Origin: Octopus vulgaris
Lineage: Eukaryota
Assembly (NCBI GenBank): GCA_951406725.2
Contig: OX597816.1
Span: 57,102,001-57,166,000, forward strand
Length of the DNA: 64,000 bases
Reading direction: 5' to 3'
The position numbers and the translations under genes are program-made. Positions 26,111-39,019 of this stretch are shown here, one piece after another (positions within the stretch are counted from its first letter, which is position 1; every line of letters starts with the position of its first letter). Under the pieces are notes generated by a model. The model did not search any database and was not told the origin of the DNA. It saw only the letters and a list, made by a program, of their open reading frames with translations.

Positions 26111-26635
26111 CCCATTAACTACCAAATTATTTTATTCATATTTTTTGGCTTTGCCAGATGTCTTAGGTGTTAAAATAATATATAGTATTTAAATTTTCTT
26201 CATATGTGAATTATTTTGGAAATTAGAAATTTTTCAGAAAGTCCCAAATAGGGATCGCTGAAAAGCAAGCATATTTATCCTTTTCTATTCAATTGCAATA
26301 ATAAATATTTTTGTTGTTTTTTTTTTTTCTTTGGAAACTATAGTATCAAGTGGGAATGTGTCTGAAATATCAATGAATGATGTGGATGGGAAAGGCAAAA
26401 CAAAAACGTTTACAAAACAGCCAATATTTTTGTGGTCCAAAAATTGCGATTTATGCCATAAAATATTGTCTAGAATTATCCAGAGCTAATAATGACAGAC
26501 TTTAATTACTATATATTGTTAAACACATCCATGCAAATGCAATGTATATAAACGATTCACTTTAAATACTACGAACAACCGGCAGTGAGACTGTTTTTAG
26601 CAGATCCCCAAATGGGGTTCATGGCAGGAAATGGG
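26111..26635. mobile_element. piggyBac-like MITE
   Basis: TTAA|CCCATTAACTACCA ... TGGCAGGAAATGGG|TTAA; subterminal inverted motif cccaaatagggatcgctgaaaa / tttttagcagatccccaaatggg. Confidence 0.78.
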
Positions 26636-28884
26636 TTAAATTCAAGGCTTTGACAATAAAGAAACATTTGGAGTTATTGCCTTCAATTCAAGGGTTTTTT
26701 AGACAAAAGTGTGATATTAGGACCCGGTTTCAATGTCTAGCAATAAAGAAATCGCTGTAAGAGATACCATAGTTCTTCAAAAAAGACAATATTATAAAAC
26801 CTGATATCATCTTTTTTATTTTTTTATCTTTGAAGTCAGCGTCAAATAAATTTATAGGATTATCAGTAATTCTTTACCTTGGCCGTCTGTCTTTCTGTAA
26901 CGTATCTGAAATTCTCATCTCTCTCTCCCTTCCTCCCTCCCTCCTTCGGTAGTTATATCTAATATAATTTTCCGGTGGATTGTTACCAAATACAGAATCA
27001 TAAAGCCTTGAAATTGAATATTTTTGTGCCTATCAAAGGTATCTTTTAACCACTCTGTTTCCATCCCTAAACATACTGTTAATGACTTTTGCATTGAATT
27101 AGTACCACCGAGGCTGCATTGATCTCAGACTAACAAGAACACTATTTGATGAATGTTTTAATAGAAATCATCCTTCAGATAAATCTTGCGGTAGATTAGC
27201 AGAAGGTTGGGGAGTCACTCACCTGGTTGATTTCAGGAAATCTGATATCGCCGGAAGTACGAAGTAATAGGAGTTTAACAGATAAAAGAAAGATGCAGAC
27301 AACTTTGTATGTTTTATTCCATTATGAATAATTCGGAGCTAAATGCTGTTGTTGATACTGTAGGGGTCACACTGTTCATCCCTCCGGTGTTAAATGAACT
27401 CTCAGAGATACTCGTACGAGATACGAAGAGTACTACAGCGCCGTGTATTTAAGGCAGACCCAAGTACCTTCTGCTTGCTGAGTGTGGTTTTCATCTTGGA
27501 AGTTCACAAGCTCAACACTGTGGTTCAGTTCTACGCCAAAATTGGTATCTCTGGCGAGTATGCTCACTAGAGGGCGCTTTAAATCGTTGTTTCCGGCAGA
27601 ATCGAGTGTCGCATCCGGCAATACGAAAACGAAATTAAGCTCCTAAGAAGAAGAGTGCACTCTTCCAATCACGTCGTCTAATGGCTAAAATTACGTAACT
27701 TTAAGTACTTCAAACTTTGAAGCACTTAAGAAATTTCTCTAGAAAAACAGGTAATTTGGTTTTCGTTAATAGCATGTGAAACTAAATTAAAGCTTCATGT
27801 TTTTAAAAAATTCATCCTGTGAAAATCTGAAATACTTCAAGTGATTGAAAACAAGATACAAGACTGATAGTGTAAGACTGTATGTGACTTAAGGAAAACA
27901 CATAAATCTGGGGGTAGATTTGTTCGATTAAAACCCTTCAAGGTGCTCCAGCATAGCTGTGATCCACTGATTGAAGTATGTAAGGTATGTAAGGTTATTG
28001 AAGAGAAGGGGCTCATTGTACAGAGAATGGATGCAACACTGTCTGAGGTGGGGGCGGGGTTACAGTGGCATCAAAATGTGGTCCTTTAATACAGAAATAG
28101 TCTTTTAATTATGATAGTGATTGATGTTGTTTAGCCCAGGGTCGATCCTTATTGAGCAATATGATCAAAGACGTTACACTGCTGACCATCTTTTAATTAT
28201 TGTGCCTCCAGGAATACATTATCCAATGCGTCATTCTCATTTTATGATAGCAGGGTGTTATTTGAGTGAAATTTGGTCGCTATATCTAGCAGGTTTAATG
28301 TGTGGAAGTGGGCTTCTATGGGTCTGCTTGCATCTTGTGATTATGAGGATTATGTGTTCTTTGATATTTGCTTTTGTTGGAATAACCCTTTAACAAGCCC
28401 TTATTTAATATTCCCTGGTCATGATTGAGCGTCTTTCATCATGAAAGACGCGCCAACCATGCCCATCTTCACTTTGTCCCTGAGTATAATGTATTTAGAA
28501 TAACCTTATTTAGTGCGTTGCTTTCAATGTATTTCAGTTTTACGATGTGTGATTTGACGAAGATGTGGCTGCTATTTCTAGCAAGTTAAGAGCCCACAGT
28601 GGTTCCTTCATTTATATCTTTATGTCGTTATTTAATGTAAATTTAACCCCAGACAGAACAGGCAGAACCATCCAGGGATCTTCTACACACTCAGTCGATA
28701 AGCTAGAACTAATAGTCAAATCAACGTCAAATTACTCCCTACTCACTGAATGCAGAAAATATCATTTGATATTACATATTTGGAAATTAGATGGAAAGGC
28801 CACGGCTGAAACGTCGTTAGGACAACAGAATGTCGAATGGGAAAACAATGCGGGAATCAACATAAAAATGTGGAAAAATAGAAA

Positions 28885-29057
28885 TTTTAATAAATCTCAG
28901 AGCGAGTTATAAACAGTAGCTACAACACAACGTGACGTACATTTGCCATTTAAATATGGTTAACCCCTAAGGGTGCATGCTACTGTAGTTTGTAGCCCCA
29001 GGAGGACACCTCCTCCAGCTGGCCATAGACACACTTTAAATGGCAAATGTACGTCAG
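28885..29057 (-). mobile_element. Family F element with short inverted end
   Basis: Aligns with 43458-43607 (aataaatctc..taaacagta..acaacgt..atatgg..ctgtag..tagccccaggag..ctccagctggc); 22-bp IR tgacgtacatttgccatttaaa / tttaaatggcaaatgtacgtca. Confidence 0.75.
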
Positions 29058-29127
29058 AAATTTTAATGTTTTGCCGTAAACTGTTGTTGTTGCAGTTGCT
29101 GCTTGTTTGTTTGTTTGTTGAGAGAAG

Positions 29128-29450
29128 CTGTCTTCGTCCCAGAGCTAGTGGGAGAGGTCCGAAACGTGGTCCTTTGCTATTCGTAAGACCGGCAGAAGAG
29201 AGCATCGACGGATGGATCAATGCGCATCCAGGCTCAGCGGTTGCGTAGGAAGTCGGGGACAAGAAAGAGTGAGAGAAATTTGGGGCGAAAGAGTACAACA
29301 GAGGTCGCCACCACCACCCCCTGCCGGAGCGTCGTGGAGCTTTAGGTGTTTTCGCTCAATAAACACACACAATGCCCAGTCTGGGAATCGAAACCGCGAT
29401 CCTCCGACCGTGAGTCCTGTGCCCTAACCAATGGGCCATTGCGCCTCTAC
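29128..29450 (-). mobile_element. SINE family 2
   Basis: ctgggaatcgaaac..gccctaaccaatgggccattgcgcctc is the reverse complement of the tRNA head. Confidence 0.82.
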
Positions 29451-30944
29451 TTGTTGTTGCTGCTGCTATTTGGCCCTAGTTGAGTTCAGCTGGAGTAGGC
29501 GTTATGTTCAAGGGTATTCCAGCCATGAACATCCCGTCGCATAAGTGAATCTAGAACTACATTATCTAATGTATCCTTCCTGTTTTGAGACAGTGGGATT
29601 TTAAGTAGAATTGGCTGCTATTTCTTTGAGGTCTAAGGACTACATTCAGTAACACACCCAATCCCCACCCTCCACTTCCTTGTTAATACTGTTAGTTTAT
29701 GTCATGAAGGGTAGGTGCGGTCAATCAGTACACGACCACCACCCCCAGCACTACCACCACCACCACCACCACTATAATTTAACTCCCCGTGATCTTCTGT
29801 GAATAATTACTGTACTTTCGGGACCCATTTCCTGGTCCCTTTAACTTCAACACTGGTTCAGTCTCTGCTCTCTTACTCCCACAACCATCATCAGCACCAT
29901 CCCTCCAAATGAGCAACCCTCTTTTCTTTCACACATGGCTAGCTTGCACTATATCATGTCTTTGTGTTGTGACTAACAACCATATAATCACACTCGCTTA
30001 ACACTACTGCTTCTCTCTTAACATCGAGCGCTACTGCTTCAATATTATTTCTTTACAGCATCGTTTTATTTCGAAGTACACACACGCATTATGAAGCGAC
30101 GAACAGACAGAATCGTCAGCGCATCACACAAAATGCTTGGCAGAAGATCTTCCGGTTTTGTTTGAATCTAAATTCCGACGATGTCAGTTTTTCCTTTTGA
30201 TCCTTTTTGGGTTCGACTAAATGAAGTTGTTGTCAAGTACCGGAGTCAATGTAATCCACTTGACCCCTTCTCCCCTCCAAAATTGCTATACTTCAACCCT
30301 GCAATAGATGGACGTCTTGTCGAAAAGAAAGTTGTGATTTCGGTCACTTAGTTGCCATGGAAACCGGGTAGCCGGCTCATTGAAATCTAGGAGACACACG
30401 CATTAAACATTCACTAGTGAGAAAGCCTAGATGATTTAAAGGGACGAGAAGACTCTATCGATCTTTAATAATAATATATATAAATACAGTGGAACCTCGT
30501 TTACGGTATCTCTAGTAACGAACACGCAATTGGGCGACAGTTGGTACCCATGCTGATGGATTGCTAATGATCTGGTGGAGTTTTAAGTCAGTTCACCTTT
30601 AATACTGTATCATTCAGTTTATGTGAATGATGTAAGATTTATTTAATGATTCGTTATTTTTCCTTTTCTATAAATTTTTATATCTAAAAAGAAGGAAACA
30701 CTCCCATCATATTGCTTTCATTTGCTCCACTCTCGAAAATCCCTATGTGAGGGTCATAGATAAGGTTTTTGTATGGGATTAAGGTACAAGTGTGTCTGTG
30801 TGATTCATGCAGGCTTCCCAATTGCATGACCCCGGGCTCAGTTTCACTGCACGTGACCGAGTCCATTGGGCCAACAAAAATTATGTGAGTGGATTTGGTG
30901 GACGGAAACTGAGAGAACACATGCATACACCCATGCATACGAAC

Positions 30945-30998
<54 letters not shown>

Positions 30999-31171
30999 TT
31001 AGTATTAACTGTCGGAAAGAGCACTCAGTACCATGGTATAGATTTATACTATCATAATTTATTCTGCTCGAATCAGCCTCTTGCTACTCTGAGATTCACC
31101 AGTAAGCACACAGGATCTTCCAGCAAATTGTGACTGGAAAAATGGATGGGATTTACACGTACATGTATACG

Positions 31172-31253
<82 letters not shown>

Positions 31254-31257
<4 letters not shown>

Positions 31258-31350
31258 AAATAATGACAATTATTCAGTTGCCATAATAAAACTCCGAGTT
31301 AGGGACGTCGGGGCGGAAATCTGCACCGGCATTTCGTCAGTTATTAAGAC
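31254..31350 (-). mobile_element. Family C Penelope-like fragment with decayed hammerhead
   Basis: Homologous to 20105-20201; minus strand ataa CTGACGA ... aactcggagttttat with GAAA mutated; abuts (TA)n. Confidence 0.7.
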
Positions 31351-31849
31351 AAAACAAAAATGCTATGAAAAAGACAGACATACATGTAAATATGTCCTTA
31401 GGTATAAGGATAAATTGAAGCAATCACTAAAGTCTCTAGAGTTTGATTTGACCATCTTGGGAAAGTCATTGCCTAGATCGATCTACATGGCGTCAAATGT
31501 GTCATGATGCTTCAAAACAATTTGAGTTGAAGAAGAACATAGAATTATACCCTGCAACCAACAGACACATTTGCTCAATCCCAGGCAACAATCAAATCAG
31601 TGTCCCCAGTGTGACGTCATAGCAAAATCCATCCTTGGACTCAAATCACGCATCCATCGTTAATAGAATCAGCCTCTTTTATTCTTTTCTTTTTAAAAGT
31701 TCTCTTTTTCCCACTTTTTTTTATCTTTATATCTTCAAAAACTCATACATCGAAATCGACATTATATATAAACTTTGCCCCTTTCAGGTAAAACGCACCT
31801 CCTTCTGTATGAAACTGGAATTTTACACTTTCGTGGTAATCCCAGAAAG

Positions 31850-32190
31850 TATGTTGGAACATCATTGAAAAGAATATAGTACAGGAACGAGTGCTAAAAT
31901 ACGGTCCTGTTTGGTTCAAGAACAGAAATACCTCTGAACATTCACTACTTAGATATCACTGTTGCTATCCTTCCTTTATGTAGGAATACTATTACCCTTA
32001 TTTTATCAGGAAAACTAACTTTTGACAAAAATTCTCCACAACGCCTCACGATTCACTGTATCAAAGGCTTTGGTCAGATCGACAAAGACCATGTACAAGT
32101 ATTTTATTCACGTGCTTTCTCTTGAACTTGTCGGAGGGAAAAAATCATGTCAGCTGTGCTTCTCCCAGCCCGATTCCACATTGGAATTCA
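31850..32190 (-). pseudogene. RTE RT fragment, old
   Basis: Minus strand LYMVFVDLTKAFDTVNREALWRI followed by a decayed QGCVLAP-like motif. Confidence 0.7.
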
Positions 32191-32199
32191 GGATATGTG

Positions 32200-32610
32200 C
32201 TTCTCTTTACTCTTTACTCTTTTATTTGTTTCAGTCATTTGACTGCGGCTATGCTGGAGCACCACCTTTAGTCGAGCAAATCGACCCTCTAGGACTTATT
32301 CTTTGTAAGCCCAGGACTTATTTTATCGGTCTCTTTTGCCCAACAGCTAAGTGACGGGGACGTAAACACACCAGCATCGGTTGTCAAGCAATGCTAGGGG
32401 GACAAACACACACACACACACACATACACATATATATATATACATATATACGGCAGGCTTCTTTCAGTTTCCGTCTACCAAATCCACTCACAAGGCATTG
32501 GTCGGCCCGGGGCTATAGCAGAAGACACTTGCCCAAGATGCCACGCAGTGGGACTGAACCCGGAACCATGTGGTTGGTAAGCAAGCTACTTACCACACAG
32601 CCACTCCTGC
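32200..32610 (-). mobile_element. SINE family 1, full length
   Basis: Reverse complement of the 24445-24846 consensus. Confidence 0.9.
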
Positions 32611-33255
32611 GCCACTCCTGCTGTTTATTATATTTTTATTGATGTGGTTAAAGATCATCCTCGCAAACATTTTCCCAGCTATGCACAAGCTTATTCCCCA
32701 GTGATTATCATATATTGTTTCCCCTTATTGTATATGTTTTATGTGTGTATGTACGTAAGTTTGTAAATTTGTATCTGTAAGTGTATGCGTGTATCTTTGT
32801 CTTGACATCCCGTGACAATTGTAAACGAGCCTCATCGTCATATAGCAATGCCTTTCCGATCTTCCGTGATAAACATGTCTGGCAATGAGGAAATATTACC
32901 TTGGTTGGAAATAGGTAAGGGTTGTCACCAGGAAAGACTTCCTGTCGTGGAAAATCTACCGCGGTGAATTCCATGTAAGTAATGCCATCATAGAAAAAGT
33001 GGTAAGGGGAGGGGCTAATGGATATTGCTACTGTTTCAGAGTTGTCTTAATAGTTTGTCGTATATTTTTTTTAAAAGTAGTAACTTGCCAATGATGGAGA
33101 GATAGATATAGAGGGAGAGACAGGCAGACAGATAGATGGATAGACTGAGTGACAGAGAGGCAGAAAGTCAGTGACAGAAAGAGACAGAGACAGACAGATA
33201 GACATAGGCAGAGAGAGAGAGAGAGAGAAATAGAGACAAAGGGAGGTAGAGAGAA

Positions 33256-33328
<73 letters not shown>

Positions 33329-33333
33329 AATAG

Positions 33334-33368
<35 letters not shown>

Positions 33369-33698
33369 AATAGACAGACAAATAGGGACAACTAGAGAGA
33401 GAGAGAGAGAGAGAGAAAGAAATAGACAGAGAAATAGATATTGAGAGAGAAATAGATATAGAGAGGTGAAATAAAGCAAGCAATATAACACAAACGTAAT
33501 AATAGGTATTGAGTTGCAATGTTCTCTTATATTGGAGATGACGGGTCAAGGGTCAGCTGTTTCTGAGTGAAGATGTAAAGCAATCCGGGCTGGTCCGAGG
33601 AGGTTTCAGGTTATTCACGCTTGGTTTACCATTCAGGACAAACGTATGTAATATATACACCCGTCACTATAAATGCACGTCGGTGTGTATAAATGGTG

Positions 33699-33819
33699 TG
33701 TTGCCTCTGGCGCGTTGAAGTTCATTTGAGTCAAAAGGAATTTGTTGGAAGGAGAACTCCTTGTCTTTAAAAAGGAGGTGAAAATTAATATCCATTTCGC
33801 CGAAAATTATTTTTTTAAA

Positions 33820-33862
<43 letters not shown>

Positions 33863-34499
33863 GTTTGTCGGCAACTTCTTGCTGAACAACCACACACATG
33901 ATTTGTTTATAGTGATGGAGGGAGGGAGTGAGCTTATGTGAACATAAACCTTTGATGTAAAGATTGTTTGCCAACATAACATGGCAGTCCTGGTTTAGGA
34001 CGAATATTGCTGTAATTTAGCCCCAGGAGACATCGTCTCCAGCTGGCTATACGACACGATCTATGTCTTTTGTTCGAAAATATAAGGACACAGATCGTGT
34101 CGTATAGCTAGCTGGAGACGATGTCTCATGGGGGCTAAATTACAGCAACATTCGTCCTAAATCAGGACTGCCATGTTATGTTGGCAAACAATATTTACTC
34201 CAAAGTACTGTTGTGAAATTTTAAAATAGTAATTTTCTAACAAACGTTTGATCACTATAAACAAATCGTCTGTGTGATCGTTCGGCAAAAATTGCCGAAC
34301 CCTCATATGCCGCCAAACGATGGGAGAGTCCTGATTGTGAACGTGCGCATACACATACACACATACACACGCATTGTTTTAAAAAAATTAATAATTTTCG
34401 GGAAAATGGATATTAATTTTCACCTACTTTCTAAAGACAATAAGTTCTTCCGACAAATTCCTTTTGACTCAAATGAACTTCAACGCGCTAGAGGCAACA
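33699..34499. mobile_element. ~800-bp nested palindrome (fold-back/MITE-like) with family F core
   Basis: Outer arms tgttgcctctggcgcgttgaagttcatttgagtcaaaagg / ccttttgactcaaatgaacttcaacgcgctagaggcaaca; middle arms; inner palindrome 33963-34192; no clear TSD. Confidence 0.85.
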
Positions 34500-34739
34500 G
34501 CCGAAAGCGAACCTTAGAGTTGACTGTCATTTCCTGTATAACAACTATACCATGGATGCACTCTAATCAATGTATTGAGTTCTACATTGGATAATGATGT
34601 ACAGATATCCGGATATGTTTTGGTGTCTTCATAAATAGTCAAGTCAAAGAAGACGTTGGCGGTCATTACATATCTTGTGTATTTTTGATAAGATTTAAGA
34701 GGGCCTTATAAGTGTTGTAATTTAATCATCCATCATCCG

Positions 34740-34777
34740 ATATGATATTTCGGAATAAAAATTCCTTCTTCAGATAT
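34740..34777 (-). ncRNA. Minimal type I hammerhead ribozyme (family D, copy 2)
   Basis: 34718-34777 is identical to 24124-24183. Confidence 0.8.
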
Positions 34778-35059
34778 GGACGTGGAGTGCATGTAGAGAA
34801 GTCTTTTTATTCTTGTTGCCAAACCTCCTTCAACACCTTTATATTTGTTGTACCATCAAAAACATTCCCCAAGAGTTTTCTCAACTTTCAGTTCTTCGAT
34901 TAGAATTTTTTTTTTTTTACTAATTCGTTGATAACAAATATACAGGTGGGCTGAGAAAAATAACATGGCCTGCGTTACCAACAAAATGAAAAGCAGATAG
35001 GATAAACTGGTCCAAGTAGGATTCCAATCCCCGAATCAAAATCATTGCGTGACCTGGGC

Positions 35060-35770
35060 ATCGACATGAGTAATGAGGCATCTTTCCGGGTGCACCTTAT
35101 CATGTCGGCAATAAAACACAGACGTCTGGCCGGGTGGATCCTTCGAACTTTCAAAACAAGAGAAAAGGAAACCCTGATGATCCTTTAGAGGACTTTCCTT
35201 CTCAGCTGTTTGGATTACTGCTCTCAACTGTGGTCACCAAACTGTAAAATTAACGACGGAACTCGAGGCGATCCAGCGAAGCTACACATGGAAGATCGAT
35301 ACAATGCAAAATATCAGGTACTGGGAGACTGATAGAGTTAAGATTCTAGTCTCTGGAGCAAAAGTGGGAAGGATTTGCAATAACATACCTCTGGAAAATC
35401 TTAGAAAAACTTGTACCGAACTTTGGCCTTGTCAGTTACATAAACAGCAGGTCGGGGCGCCACTGCAAGGTACCAAAAGCCCCAACATTGCCACCAGGAT
35501 ACAAAACTAGATGCTGCAACAGTTTGGGCGTCAATGGCCCACAGCTCTTCAATATCTTCCCACAAAACCTGAGAGACCTGCTAGGCGTAGATGTAGACTT
35601 TTTCAAGACAAAACTAGATCTTTCTGTCAAGAGTTCTGGATGAAACACAGATGCATACATAATCGTCAAACTCCCTCATCCACCATATCAGAGGTGGTTT
35701 AGTGAAAGTGTAGCAAAGTAGACGGCAGTGCTCCAGCATGGTCGCAATCCTTGTACTGAAACTTAGAGAA
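35060..35770 (+). mobile_element. CR1/L2-type LINE 3' fragment with 3' tail
   Basis: LAGWILRTFKTR..LDYCSQLWSP..LEAIQR..GPQLFNI; tail gcagtgctccagcatggtcgcaatc. Confidence 0.85.
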
Positions 35771-36301
35771 AAAACACTTCTCTCAGTTGAGAGCACTGAA
35801 TAAAATTTTATGAAAGCTTCCCTGGTTTCCCCGATTTCTAATACAGCTCAGTCTTTCTAATGTCTGGCATTTCATGAAAGATAATGGAATATTCCAAACA
35901 CTTTTTCACATCATTTGTTATGTCTATGTACATCTGACTTTTCAGTTTTCCTCCTCGCCAAGGAAACACGTTATAAGTTCCAAAAACGATAACTCGGTTA
36001 ACACAGAAGCTTCACCTTAGTTACTGCGGTTCCCCGCATGAATTCATTGTGTTATAGTTTGTTGGGGTGGGCAATAAACGATCGAGTTTCGATAATAATT
36101 GTCAAGTACTCTCAGTTCTGCTCTACTTGTTTCTTATAGTATTTAGTTAATTTAACAAGGACGCTTTGTGCTTTGCACTCACCCTATGGTCCACCCACTT
36201 CACCGTAGCCTTATCACAACAAGCTCTTCTGCTTTGTAAACAGGTTTCGCTTTTTGCCAGTTTTCAAAATTAAAATGTTGTTATTGCATAAACTCTTCAC
36301 A

Positions 36302-36731
36302 CATTGATAACACGAAGACTGTCGCAGCATCTAGTTTTGTATCCTGGTGGCAATGTTGGGGCTTTTGGTACCTTGCAGTGGCGCCCCGACCTGCTGTTTA
36401 TGTAACTGACAAGGCCAAAGTTCGGTACAAGTTTTTCCAGATGTATGTTATTGCAAATCCTTCCCACTTTTGCTCCAGAGACTAGAATCTTAACTCTATC
36501 AGTCTCCCAGTATCTGATATTTTGCATTGTATCGATCTTCCGTGTGTAGCTTCGCTGGATCGCCTCGAGTTCCGTCGTTAATTTTACACTGTTTGGTGAC
36601 CACAGTTGGGAGCAGTAATCCAAACAGCTGAGAAGGAAAGTCCTCCAAAGGATCATCAGGGTTTCTTTTTCTCTTGTTTTGAAAGTTCGAAGGATCCACC
36701 CGGCCAGACGTCTGTGTTTTATTGCCGACAT
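36302..36731 (-). mobile_element. Inverted duplicate of the CR1/L2 fragment at 35102-35536
   Basis: ORF 36297-36776 carries the same motifs and the same lesions as the plus copy. Confidence 0.88.
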
Positions 36732-38073
36732 AAGAGAAAGATAAAATCTAAACAATTCACTCTTCAAAAGTTTCAAACTAAATTTCTCGCCTAATTAATT
36801 TTTGAATTAAAATTAAACCATAATTGGTTGATTTATTCTGGTTCCATTGATATTATCCGGAAGAAGTAGCAGAGCCAGTGGAATTACGTGAATCACATTC
36901 ATTTAATCATGATTTCCGTCACTTGAAATATTTTGAGATCCGGAAGTGCTAAACATCGTAGAGACTCCTAGATTTTAAAAGGTCGTTGTGACATCCTGAT
37001 TGTAACTCTCAACAAAGCCGCTTTTGATAGTAGTTTATTTAGAAATGTCTGTAGGTTACCGTTACATTACTTTGATTCATTCTTTATCCAAGTATTTTTC
37101 AAATAGGAAGAAACTCAGAGTTTGCTGTAGTTTTTCAATCACTGATGTGAAACTCAGTCTAAGCAACCTGGACACCCGTAAAGTGTCTATTTGTTGGCGA
37201 TGTTCTCAACATTTGATACCGTGAGGAGATTTACGGTACAGAAGTTGAATTTCGTGTCTGGCTAAAACCGCAACCGGGAGTGCCTCACGTATGCTTATTG
37301 GTTGATCTTGTCATAAATAGATTCCATAGCGAGTGTGTTGGAATATCCATTGCCAGAAGTTGTACAAAATATGACATCAAATACAAAATATAGATATGAT
37401 TGCAAAACTCTGGATTTTCAATATAGATCGAAAACGAGGTTTGGGTGTATCGGAGGAGCTGACTGGGGGAGGGGGAGATATCAGTGTTGGATGAATTCCT
37501 TCAGAAAGAAAGAATAACAAAGACAAATTTAAGACGTTATATCAAACAAAGAATTTTTGTTGACTATCGTTTGGGTAATTAATATGTCATCATTAACTAG
37601 TAATTAATATGGCATAATAATTAATTTGGTAATCTCTTTGTTTTCAAAGTCCAAAGTTCTTGTTTCTCCAAAATTTTCTCGAATGTTTGTCCCGTATTTG
37701 AGAGGTCAGTTTCCCCACCAAACCCCGATCCATATAGCCATTGCTGTATATGTATGTATTAATATTTTGCTTAGGCATGGCAATATTAATAACTTGGTGT
37801 TCGAACTCAACTCAATATACATGCGCTTGATAGTAAAGTGTTCGGTACAGAGCGTAATAAGAAATTATATAGATGCCAAGAGAACAGGAAATTATGCCAT
37901 GAACTTCAACAGCTTACAGTTTTTTTTCTGCTTGGAGATGATGCACAAACACTCAACTCTGAGTACAATGAATCTGATAACAGAAAAAGCTGTTGCTAAT
38001 GAAGTTTTTTGTGTAACTTCCTCTTCATTGTCATTTAAATCATTTCATACATACATACATATATATAAATATA

Positions 38074-38275
38074 AAGTTAATCCAAACATGAAAGCACACA
38101 AAAACACAACAACGCGAGGACGTGGAACAAATATAGTATTATTGGACGCTCAGGAAAGAAGGAGGGTTTAACGTTTCGAGCGGAGCTCTTCGTCAGAAAC
38201 ATAGGAGAAGGAAATATCCAGAGAAGGGAAGACAGAGGAAAAAAATCGCCAACGGTACACACGCGGTCACATTTT
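38074..38275 (-). mobile_element. Penelope-like family A with intact minimal hammerhead (38166-38200)
   Basis: gttt CTGACGA a gagc tcc gctc GAAA cg TT aaac; palindromic ACGU helix III. Confidence 0.8.
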
Positions 38276-38304
38276 GAAATATACATACATATATATATAT
38301 TTTT

Positions 38305-38640
38305 ATCTAGTTTCAGCTCACGAGTTGTGACCATGCTGGGGCACTGCCATTTGGTGTTGCTACATAATTTTACTTCACGAATGCCTTTTAGGAGTTTGAT
38401 GCAGCTGCCCTCATCTGCACCTCCTGCCGTGAAGTTGGTTCATCTGGGACACCTGACAGGAAGAGGTCTAGCCTTATTTTGAAGACACCTACATCCACCC
38501 CATTCAGGTCTCTCAGGACCTTCGGGAGGATATTGAAGAGCTGTGGACCTTTGAAGCCCAGGCTATTGTAGTATCTTGTCCTACATCTTGATGGCAAATT
38601 TGGAGTCCTTGGCACAATGCAGTGGCGCCCAGTTCTAGTA
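38305..38640 (-). mobile_element. CR1/L2-type LINE 3' end
   Basis: NSLGFKGPQLFNILPKVLRDL..FKIRLDLFLSGVPDEP; tail gtttcagctcacgagttgtgaccatgctggggcactgcc. Confidence 0.85.
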
Positions 38641-38658
38641 TTTGTGTAACTCTAGATA

Positions 38659-38954
38659 AGATTAAAAAATCCAAGGCAGTGAATAGTTTTCAGAACATTT
38701 ATAAAGAGAAGGTCTTACAGTTGCTTCCGGGATGTGTTTTATATCCCTTCATCAGCGACGGTGCGAGAAAATGTTTAAGTAATGGTTATTATAGAGAAGA
38801 TATGAAATACAGATTGAAGTGGAGGAATGAGAACAGACGTGAGATATGTAAGGATATTGCATCTGGAGTTCCAGTGTTTAAACAGAATGGTATATATGTT
38901 TCCTGTGCTTTGTATGTTCTGAAAACTATTCACAGCCTTAGATTGTTTTAATCT
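38659..38954. mobile_element. Fold-back element with ~48-bp arms and a decayed hammerhead (38712-38759, minus)
   Basis: IR around gtgaatagttttcagaacat / atgttctgaaaactattcac; minus strand gtcg CTGATGA a gggat..atccc g GAAG caactg TA agac; abuts (TA)n. Confidence 0.7.
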
Positions 38955-38964
38955 CATTCTGGTA

Positions 38965-39010
<46 letters not shown>

Positions 39011-39019
<9 letters not shown>

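Noticed and set aside
27223-27325. Signal-peptide-like reading WNKTYKVVCIFLLSVKLLLLRTSG
   Set aside because: Immediately preceded by an in-frame TAA with no ATG
33973-34020. Hammerhead or HDV reading of gtcct-ggttt-aggac-GAAT in family F
   Set aside because: No CUGANGA upstream and no room for HDV P3/L3; kept as an unidentified motif
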